Assembly: GCA_031414595.1 (NCBI GenBank)
Contig: JANNVX010000049.1
Coordinates: 1-36,960, forward strand
DNA length: 36,960 nt
Direction of reading: 5' to 3'
DNA from: Deinococcales bacterium
Lineage (GTDB): Bacteria; Deinococcota; Deinococci; Deinococcales; JAAFIG01
The translations under genes and the position numbers were made by a program. This document shows, one piece after another, positions 1 to 7,642 of the stretch (position 1 is its first letter; the number at the start of each line of letters is the position of its first letter). The notes beneath the pieces are model-generated. The model was not told the origin of the DNA. It saw nothing but the letters and a program-made list of their open reading frames with translations, and ran no database searches.

Positions 1-137
1 GCAGGACAGACACAGGGGTCTGTCCCTACAAAATCCATAAAAATACGTCAGGTAGGGGCGGACCCCCGTGTCCGCCCTGTGACCAATTGTATGTTTTTGG
101 TTTAATTGAAATCGGGAAGTTATTCTTGGACAGTTCC
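1..137. mobile_element. MITE copy 1 (5'-truncated by window) containing back-to-back GTAG-type REP-like hairpins
   Basis: Ends ...GTTATTCTTGGACAGTTCC followed by TAA. Reverse complement matches 36772-36908 with about 4 mismatches. Hairpins GGACAGACAC/GTCTGTCC-CTAC and GTAG-GGGCGGACCC/GTCCGCCC. Confidence 0.85.
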
Positions 138-204
138 TAAAAAGCCAATGTCAGGGTCAAATGGGTGGCACTACTCTGTAACCTGCTTTACCGGAACTCA
201 ATAA

Positions 205-396
205 GGATTTGTCCCAAAATAACTTCCCGATTTGAACATTCCAAATCATTCTGCCTCACAGGGCGAACACGAGGTTCGCCCCTACAGGACGATGTTTTTT
301 CGTAGGGGCGATGCTTGCGACCATGCCCGCAGGTGCGTGTATATGGTCAAGATGTCATCGCCCGGCTATTCACGGATGTTATTTTTGGACAGTTCC
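205..396. mobile_element. MITE copy 2 (192 bp) with terminal inverted repeats and TAA target duplication
   Basis: Starts GGATTTGTCCCAAAATAAC and ends GTTATTTTTGGACAGTTCC. TAA at 202-204 and 397-399. Internal GGGCGAAC..GTTCGCCCCTAC and GTAGGGGCGATG..CATCGCCC hairpins. Confidence 0.85.
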
Positions 397-412
397 TAAG
401 CATTCTCAAAGT

Positions 413-447
413 AAAAAACCCTGACTTCTAGCCATAAGTCAGGGTTT
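413..447 (-). terminator. Rho-independent terminator of FG-GAP gene A
   Basis: 12-bp stem AAACCCTGACTT/AAGTCAGGGTTT with a T-run on the minus strand, 15 nt after the stop at 463. Confidence 0.8.
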
Positions 448-462
448 GGTGTTGTTGATGGG

Positions 463-3400
463 CTAACGGTTCAGCAGCACACTCGAGGAAGCTGCACCAT
501 AATTTGCAGTCGCAATGTCGAGTTTAGAGTCGCCATTCATATCGGCTACAACCACAGAAGTAGGATTTGCACCCGTGGTGTAATCGGTTTTTGCCTGGAA
601 TGTTCCATTTCCATTGCCGAGCAATACACTCGAGGAATTACCAAAATAGTTTGCGGTGATGAGGTCGAGTTTGGCATCTCCATTCACATCACCCAAAACC
701 ACAGAAAAAGGACGTGAACCCGTGGGGTAATCGGTTTTTGTTAGGAATGTTCCAGTGCCAGTGCCGAGCAATACACTCGAGGAATCAGCACCAACACCAT
801 TGTTTGCGGTGATGAGGTCGAGTTTAGCATCCCCATTCACATCTCCCACAACCACAGAATAAGGACTTGCACCCGTGGTGTAATCGGTTTTTGCTTGGAA
901 TACTCCAGTGCCATTACCGAGCAATACACTCGAGGAATTACCATTAAAGTTTGCGGTGATGAGGTCGAGTTTGGCATCTCCATTCACATCTCCCAAAACC
1001 ACAGAACGAGGAAATGCACCCGTGGTGTAATCCGTTTTTGCTTGGAATGTCCCATTTCCATTGCCGAGCAATACACTCGAGGAATCAGCACCAGAGTTTG
1101 CGGTGATAATGTCGAGTTTAGCATCGCCATTCACATCTCCCAAAACCACAGAAACAGGATTTGTACCCGTGGGATAATCGGTTTTAGCTTGGAAAGTCCC
1201 ATTTCCATTGCCGAGCAATACACTCGAGGAAGCAGCGCCAGAGTTTGCAGTGATAATGTCGAGTTTGGTGTCATTATTCACATCTCCCACAGCCACAGAA
1301 ATAGGATTTGTACCCGTGGTGTAATCGGTTTTTGTTTGGAATGTTCCATTTCCATTGCCGAGCAATACACTCGAGGAATTACCAACAAGGTTTGCGGTGA
1401 TGATGTCGAGTTTGGTGTCATTATTCACATCACCCACAACTACAGAAAAAGGATTTGCACCCGTGGTGTAATCCGTTTTTGCTTGGAATTTACCGTAAGC
1501 ATTATTGTTGAGAAATACACTCGAGGTATTACCACCATAGTTTGCGATGATGAGGTCGAGTTTGGTGTCATTATTCACATCTCCCACACCCACAGAATAA
1601 GAAATCTAATCTGTGGTGTAATCCGTTTTTCCTTGGAATGTGCCAGTGCCAGTGCCGAGCAATACACTCGAGGAAGCAGCATCATAGTTCGCGGTGATGA
1701 TGTCGAGTTTGCCATCGCCATTGACATCTCCCACAACCACAGAAACAGGATTTGTACCCGTGGGGTAATCGGTTTTTGCTTGGAATGTCCCATCTCCATT
1801 GCCGAGCAATACACTCGAGGAATCAGCAGCAGAGTTTGCGGTGATGATGTCGAGTTTAGCATCGCCATTCACATCTCCCACAACCACAGACTGAGGACGG
1901 TAACCCGTGGGGTAATCGGTTTTTGCTTGGAATGTTCCATCTCCATTGCCCAGCAATACACTCGAGGAATTACCACCAGAGTTTGCGGTGATAATGTCGA
2001 GTTTGGCATCTCCATTCACATCTCCCACAACCACAGAAACAGGATTTGCATTCGTAGTGTAATCGGTTTTTGTTTGGAATGTTCCATCTCCATTGCCGAG
2101 CAATACACTCGAGGAATCAGCACCATAGTTTGCGGTGATGATGTCGAGTTTAGCATCGCCGTTGACATCACCCACAACCACAGAATAAGGACGGTAACCC
2201 GTGGGGTAATCGGTTTTTGTTTGGAATGTCCCATCTCCATTACCGAGCAATACACTCGAGGAAGCACCATTAAAGTTTGCGATGATGATGTCGAGTTTGG
2301 TGTCATTATTCACATCTCCCACAACCACAGAAATAGGATATGTACCCGTGGGGTAATCGGTTTTTGTTTGGAATGTTCCATTTCCATTGCCGAGCAGTAC
2401 ACTCGAGGAATCAGCACCAGCGTTTGCGGTGATGATGTCAAGTTTGGTGTCATTATTCACATCACCCACAACCACAGAAAAAGGACTTGAACCCGTGGGG
2501 TAATCGGTTTTTGCTGCAAATTCAGCCCCTCGAGCCGCCACATTCGCACGGTATTGCCAAGTTCGCGTCCCCGCTTCGCACGCCCCACCACCATTAGCAT
2601 TGGTTAATCCCAAAGTTTGGGCTGTTACCAACTCACCCGGCATAAAATCTACGGTCGGGTCAAAACCAAGCGTACTCGAGCCAGCCCCACTGTACACACC
2701 AGCCTTTGTCCCCGTGAAACTACCGCGCACCACCAAACTCGAGCCAGTCGCAGCGCTCATGGTTTGGTCTGTCGTCAGACTAACATTCGCGTCTCGAGCC
2801 ACAGCATTTGTATTGACACTCGGTAAAAAGCTAACGAAGTTAAAGGTATTCACCAAATAATCCAACGGTGTACTTGCAGTACCAGCCGAGCGAAGCACAC
2901 AACCACGCTTGACACTTGGGTCAGATAATAAACTCGAGCCACCAAGCGCGAATAATTCAGAGGCAGAAAAACCAGTCTTACGGATTGTCGCACCACTTAA
3001 AGCACCCTGTTCTTGCAGGCTTTCGGAAACTCGAGTTGCCACGGGTGCATCAAAAATAATAAAGGTCATGCTAAATCTGTACCCTGTCGTGGCACTGCTC
3101 GAGTTACTGGTTGGAATTTGAATCGCAATGTTGACCACACCAGCATTATTGGTATTTGCCAGTAAAGTTCTCGAGGTTGCACTGCTTCTAGCCACATAAC
3201 CATAGGGCAGTAAGTAATCACCATTGGCTTGGTTTAATTCACCAGCAGTATTGGCGGCTAATTCCAAAGGCGTAATTTCGCTTTCAGTGAACAACTGCAA
3301 ATCCGAGACATTATTATTGACTGTAAAAGGACTTAGGCTATTTGGTGTGTTGCTTGGTTTGACTCCTCGAGCAAAAGCAATTCCCGCAGCATCCCCCACT

Positions 3401-3783
3401 GCGTAAATACTCGAGCCAGCAAAGTTATAAATATTCCTTAAGGCTGTGCCACCGATGTTGCCAGTTTTTTGATAGGCAATCAGGGTTAAATCGGTTAAGT
3501 TGGTACTGGGCAATAAGTTGTTGATATTGAACTGGGCATTGATGTACTGCACCGAACCACCACTTAGGACACTTAAACTCGAGGGAGCATTAAAACTGAC
3601 ATTACTCGAGGTTTGCACCGCTTGGGTTTGCAATCCAGTACGCACCATAGCCGTGGCTTTATTGGTCTGCGAATCAAAAGTTAGCTCGAGTTTACCAATG
3701 GCTTTAGGTGTACTGCTTGGACTCGGGCTTTGTTGACATGCCATCAAGATAGCTGCCAGCAGTGGTAAAAAGAAGAGTTTCAT
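463..3783 (-). pseudogene. FG-GAP/VCBS-repeat lipoprotein A (14 repeats), split by an in-frame TAG at 1606-1608
   Basis: ORFs 1606-3783 and 463-1593 are in the same frame and the junction reads DYTTD*ISYSVGVGD. The joined 1106 codons are colinear with the 1111-aa paralogue at 4042-7377. Lipobox ILMA-C. Confidence 0.8.
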
Positions 3784-3941
3784 TGTTCACCTTCCATAAA
3801 ATCCATGCTATCGAGAAAATCGAACTCGAACGAGTCGGTGAAGTTGCTCGTGCCTATCGGTAGACTGATTCCAGTTAAGGTCACATAATTCTGCACAACC
3901 TCGAGCCTTGGCACAACATAGTTTTGTTTATCTGGGTTCAT
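3780..3941 (-). CDS. 53-aa micropeptide A with YxxPxL...TG motif (MNPDKQNYVVPRLEVVQNYVTLTGISLPIGTSNFTDSFEFDFLDSMDFMEGEQ)
   Basis: Translated by hand (below the ORF-track cutoff). AAGGAG RBS, stop overlaps the lipoprotein start (ATGA), and a same-length paralogue lies at 7374-7535. Confidence 0.85.
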   Translation of the reverse strand: MNPDKQNYVVPRLEVVQNYVTLTGISLPIGTSNFTDSFEFDFLDSMDFMEGEQ

Positions 3942-3962
3942 AGTTACTCCTTGTCTAGGAGC

Positions 3963-4007
3963 AGCATAAAAAGCAGGGCGTATATTGGCGTTATACGAGC
4001 GTTATAT
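3963..4007 (-). promoter_or_regulatory. Promoter with -10 TATGCT and three direct repeats (putative SARP boxes)
   Basis: On + strand: AGCATA at 3963-3968; GCGTATAT, GCGTTATAC and GCGTTATAT start at 3978, 3988 and 3999. Same layout at 7551-7595. Confidence 0.7.
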
Positions 4008-4041
4008 CTATTTCTAACTCGAGATAAGTTAGAGTTTGGCG

Positions 4042-7000
4042 CTAACGGTTCAGCAGTAGACTCGAGGAAGTACCAAGATTGTTTGCCGTGATAATGTCAA
4101 GTTTGGCATCACCATTCATATCAGCCACAGCCACAGAAAGTGGGGTCGAACCCGTGGTGTAATCTGTTTTGGCTAGGAACGTACCAGTGCCAGTACCAAA
4201 CAAGACACTCGAGGTATTAGCCCCAGAGTTTGCGGTAATAAGGTCGAGTTTGGCATCGCCATTCATATCAGCTACAGCCACAGAATTAGGATTTGTACCT
4301 GTGGTGTAATCTGTTTTGGCTAGGAACGTACCATTGCCATTGCCAAGCAGCACACTCGAGGAATGACCATAATAATTTGCAGTAATAATGTCGAGTCTAG
4401 CATCACCATTGACATCTGCCACAACCACAGAACTAGCCCCATCACCTGTGGCGTAATCCGTCTTGGCTTGAAAAGTTCCATTGCCATTACCAAGCAGCAC
4501 ACTCGAGGAATTGGCATTAAAGTTTGCGGTAATAATGTCGAGTTTGGCATCCCCATTAACATCTGCCACTGCCACAGAAAAAGGGTTGGCATCTGTGGTG
4601 AAATCTGTTTTGGCTAGGAATGTACCATTGCCATTGCCCAAAAGGACGCTCACGGTATTAACTCCAGCGCCATTGTTTGCGGTAATAATGTCGAGTTTAG
4701 TATCCCCATTCATGTCAGCCACCACCACAGAAAAAGGAAGTGTACCCGTGGCGTAATCTGTTTTGGCTAGGAAACCGCCACTGCCATTGTTAAGCAGTAC
4801 ACTCGAGGTATTATCATTGGCATTTGCGGTAATAATGTCGAGTTTGGCATCCCCATTGACATCCGCCATCGCCACCGAATAAGGTCCTGAACCTGTGGGG
4901 TAATCTGTTTTGGCTAAGAAAGTACCATTACCATTACCAAGCTGTACACTCGAGGAAAAAGCACTGGTGTTTGCGGTAATAATGTCGAGTTTAGCATCCC
5001 CATTGACATCAGCTACAGTCACAAAAATAGGAGCTAAACCCGTGGTGCTATCTGTTTTAGCTTGGAAAGTACCATAAGCATTATTACCAAGCAGCACACT
5101 CAAGGAATTCGCAAAACCGTTTGCAGTGATGATGTCGAGTTTAGCATCACCATTCACATCAGCTACAGCCACAGATTTAGGATTTACACCTGTAGTGTAA
5201 TGCACTGCATTTTGGAACGTACCATTGCCATTACCGAGCAGTACACTCGAGGAACTACCACCAGCGTTTGCGGTGATGAGGTCGAGTTTAGTATCACCAT
5301 TCACATCACCCAAAACCACATAAGAAGGACGTTCACCCATGAGGTAATCGGTTTTTGCTTGGAAAGTCCCATTGCCATTACCAAGCAGGACACTCAAGGA
5401 AGCACCACCAGCGTTTGCGGTGATGATGTCGAGTTTAGCATCACCATTCACATCACCCACAACCACAGAATAAGGATTTGCACCTGTGGTGTAATCGGTT
5501 TTTGCTTGGAAAGTCCCATTGCCATTGCCAAGCAACACACTCGAGGAATTAGCAGACTCGTTTACGGTGATGATGTCGAGTTTAGCATCACCATTCATAT
5601 CACCCACAACCACAAAATAAGGATTTGCACCTGTGGTATAATCGGTTTTTGCTTGGAAAGTCCCATCGCCATTGCCAAGCAGTACACTCGAGGAATTACC
5701 ATCATAGTTTGCGGTGATGAGGTCGAGTTTAGCATCACCATTCACATCACCCACAACCACAGAATAAGGATTTGCACCCGCGAGGTAATCGGTTTTTGCT
5801 TGGAAAGTCCCATTGCCATTGCCTAAGAGGACGCTCACGGTATGAACCCCAGCGCCATAGTTTGCGGTGATGATGTCGAGTTTAGTATCACCATTCACAT
5901 CACCCACAATCACAGAACGAGGAAATAAACCCGTGGTGTAATCGGTTTTTGCTTGGAAAGTCCCATTGCCATTGCCAAGCAACACACTCGAGGAACTACC
6001 ACCATCGTTTGCGGTGATGAGGTCGAGTTTAGCATCACCATTCACATCACCCACAACCACAGAATAAGGACGTGTACCCGTGGTGTAATCGGTTTTCGCT
6101 GCAAATACAGCCCCTCTTGCTGCCACATTCGCTCGGTACTGCCAAGTCCTGCTTCCCTGTTCACACGCACCACCACCAGTATCATTGGTTAAGCCAAGGG
6201 TTTGCGCTGTCACCAATTCACCCGGCATAAAATCTACGGTCGGGTCAAAACCAAGCGTACTCGAGCCAGTACCAGTAAAAGCACCAGTCTTAGTCCCAGT
6301 AAACCCACCACGCACCACCAAACTCGAGGCAGTCGCAGCACTCATGGTTTGGTCAGTCGTCACGCTGATATTCGCATCTCGAGCCACTGAATTTAAGTTC
6401 GCCGTTGGTGAAAACCCTGTGATATTAAAAGTATTGACTAAATAATCCAGTGGTGTACCCGCAGAACCAGCCGTGCGAAGCACACAACCACGTTTGACAC
6501 TTGGGTCAGATAATAAACTCGAGCCACCAAGCGCAAAGAGTTCAGTCGCAGAAAAACCAGTCTTACGGGTAACTGCCCCACTTAAAGTCCCTTGTTCTTG
6601 CAAACTTTCAGAAACTCGAGTTGCTACTGGTGCATCAAACATTATAAAAGTCATGCTAAATCTATACCCAGTTGTGGCGCTGCTCGAGTTGCTAATTGGA
6701 ATTTGAATCGCTATGTTCACCACACCAGCATTATTGGTATTGGCTAACAACATTCTCGAGCTTGCAGAGTTTCTTGCCACATAACCATAAGGCAGTAAGT
6801 AATCACCGTTTGTTTGGTTGAGTTCTCCTGCGGTGTTGGCGGCTGACTCCAAAGAAGAAATTTCGGTTTCAGTGAACAATTGTAAATCTGAAACATTGTT
6901 GTTGACTGTAAACGGAGCTAAAGTATTTGGTGGATTGCTTGGTTTTACTCCTCGAGCAAAAGCAATACCTGTTGGGTCGTTTGCAGGATATATACTCGAG

Positions 7001-7377
7001 CCAGCAAAGTTATAAACATTTTTGAGGGCTGTCCCACCGATGTTGCCATCTCTCTGATAAGCAATCAAGGTTAAATCGGTTAAGTTGGTGCTGGGCAATA
7101 AGTTGTTGATATTAAACTGGGCGGTGATGTACTGCACCACTCCAACCTCACTTAAAACACTTAAACTCGAGGGAGCATTAAAACTGATACTGCTCGAGGT
7201 TTGCACCGCTTGGGTTTGTAATCCAGTCCTCACCACAGCCGTGGCTTTATTGGACTCAGAATCAAAAGTTAGCTCGAGTTTGCCAATGGCTTTGGGCTTA
7301 GTGAGTATTGGACTTGGGCTTTGTTGACATGCCATCAAGATAGCTGCCAGCAGTGGTAAGACCAAGAAGTGTTTCAT
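4042..7377 (-). CDS. FG-GAP/VCBS-repeat lipoprotein B: lipobox, N-terminal domain, Ig-like domain, 14 x ~49-aa repeats (probable two 7-blade propellers)
   Basis: LLAAILMA-C lipobox. 14 counted repeats of FxAKTDYxTGxxPxSVxxxDVNGDxKLDIITANxxxxSSSVLLGNGxGT, each with a DxNxDxxxD Ca-binding motif. Confidence 0.92.
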   Translation of the reverse strand: MKHFLVLPLLAAILMACQQSPSPILTKPKAIGKLELTFDSESNKATAVVRTGLQTQAVQTSSSISFNAPSSLSVLSEVGVVQYITAQFNINNLLPSTNLTDLTLIAYQRDGNIGGTALKNVYNFAGSSIYPANDPTGIAFARGVKPSNPPNTLAPFTVNNNVSDLQLFTETEISSLESAANTAGELNQTNGDYLLPYGYVARNSASSRMLLANTNNAGVVNIAIQIPISNSSSATTGYRFSMTFIMFDAPVATRVSESLQEQGTLSGAVTRKTGFSATELFALGGSSLLSDPSVKRGCVLRTAGSAGTPLDYLVNTFNITGFSPTANLNSVARDANISVTTDQTMSAATASSLVVRGGFTGTKTGAFTGTGSSTLGFDPTVDFMPGELVTAQTLGLTNDTGGGACEQGSRTWQYRANVAARGAVFAAKTDYTTGTRPYSVVVGDVNGDAKLDLITANDGGSSSSVLLGNGNGTFQAKTDYTTGLFPRSVIVGDVNGDTKLDIITANYGAGVHTVSVLLGNGNGTFQAKTDYLAGANPYSVVVGDVNGDAKLDLITANYDGNSSSVLLGNGDGTFQAKTDYTTGANPYFVVVGDMNGDAKLDIITVNESANSSSVLLGNGNGTFQAKTDYTTGANPYSVVVGDVNGDAKLDIITANAGGASLSVLLGNGNGTFQAKTDYLMGERPSYVVLGDVNGDTKLDLITANAGGSSSSVLLGNGNGTFQNAVHYTTGVNPKSVAVADVNGDAKLDIITANGFANSLSVLLGNNAYGTFQAKTDSTTGLAPIFVTVADVNGDAKLDIITANTSAFSSSVQLGNGNGTFLAKTDYPTGSGPYSVAMADVNGDAKLDIITANANDNTSSVLLNNGSGGFLAKTDYATGTLPFSVVVADMNGDTKLDIITANNGAGVNTVSVLLGNGNGTFLAKTDFTTDANPFSVAVADVNGDAKLDIITANFNANSSSVLLGNGNGTFQAKTDYATGDGASSVVVADVNGDARLDIITANYYGHSSSVLLGNGNGTFLAKTDYTTGTNPNSVAVADMNGDAKLDLITANSGANTSSVLFGTGTGTFLAKTDYTTGSTPLSVAVADMNGDAKLDIITANNLGTSSSLLLNR

Positions 7378-7535
7378 TGTTCACCTTCCATAAAATCCAT
7401 ATTCTCGAGAAAATCAAACTCGAATGGGTCAGTTATGCCACTTGTACCGATGGGTAAACTAATCCCCGTGACCACAATAAAAGTAGGTTGTGGCTCGAGG
7501 GTAGGCGGGGTGTAACTTTGTTTTGAGTTCATCAT
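7374..7535 (-). CDS. 53-aa micropeptide B with YxxPxL...TG motif (MMNSKQSYTPPTLEPQPTFIVVTGISLPIGTSGITDPFEFDFLENMDFMEGEQ)
   Basis: Translated by hand. AAAGGAG RBS, ATGA overlap with the start at 7377, and Y8/P11/L13/T23/G24 plus the C-terminal half conserved with peptide A. Confidence 0.85.
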   Translation of the reverse strand: MMNSKQSYTPPTLEPQPTFIVVTGISLPIGTSGITDPFEFDFLENMDFMEGEQ

Positions 7536-7550
7536 TGCTCCTTTAAGAAC

Positions 7551-7595
7551 AGCATAAAAAGCGGCGCGTATATTGGCGTTATATTGCCGTTATAT
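7551..7595 (-). promoter_or_regulatory. Promoter with -10 TATGCT and three direct repeats (putative SARP boxes)
   Basis: AGCATA at 7551-7556; GCGTATAT, GCGTTATAT and CCGTTATAT start at 7566, 7576 and 7587 (10/11-bp spacing). Confidence 0.7.
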
Positions 7596-7642
7596 GGTTT
7601 GTATCTTGGCTATTCTCTTCGTGATACGCTAAGGTTCATGGT

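Noticed and set aside
1606-1608. TAG recoding (pyrrolysine or alternative genetic code)
   Set aside because: TAG is an ordinary stop for other genes here (463, 4042, 21465, 25425), and neighbouring codons are also degraded.
895-2490. 531-aa + strand ORF (also 5062-5826 and similar)
   Set aside because: Antisense shadow of the FG-GAP repeats; a stop-free frame is propagated by the repeat unit.
463-6110. CRISPR array or diversity-generating retroelement
   Set aside because: The repeats are ~147-bp in-frame coding units without unique spacers. No cas gene, reverse transcriptase or non-coding template repeat is in the window.
3780-7535. Canonical lasso peptide gene cluster
   Set aside because: No cyclase, leader peptidase or RRE gene nearby, and no ring-forming Asp/Glu at core positions 7-9.
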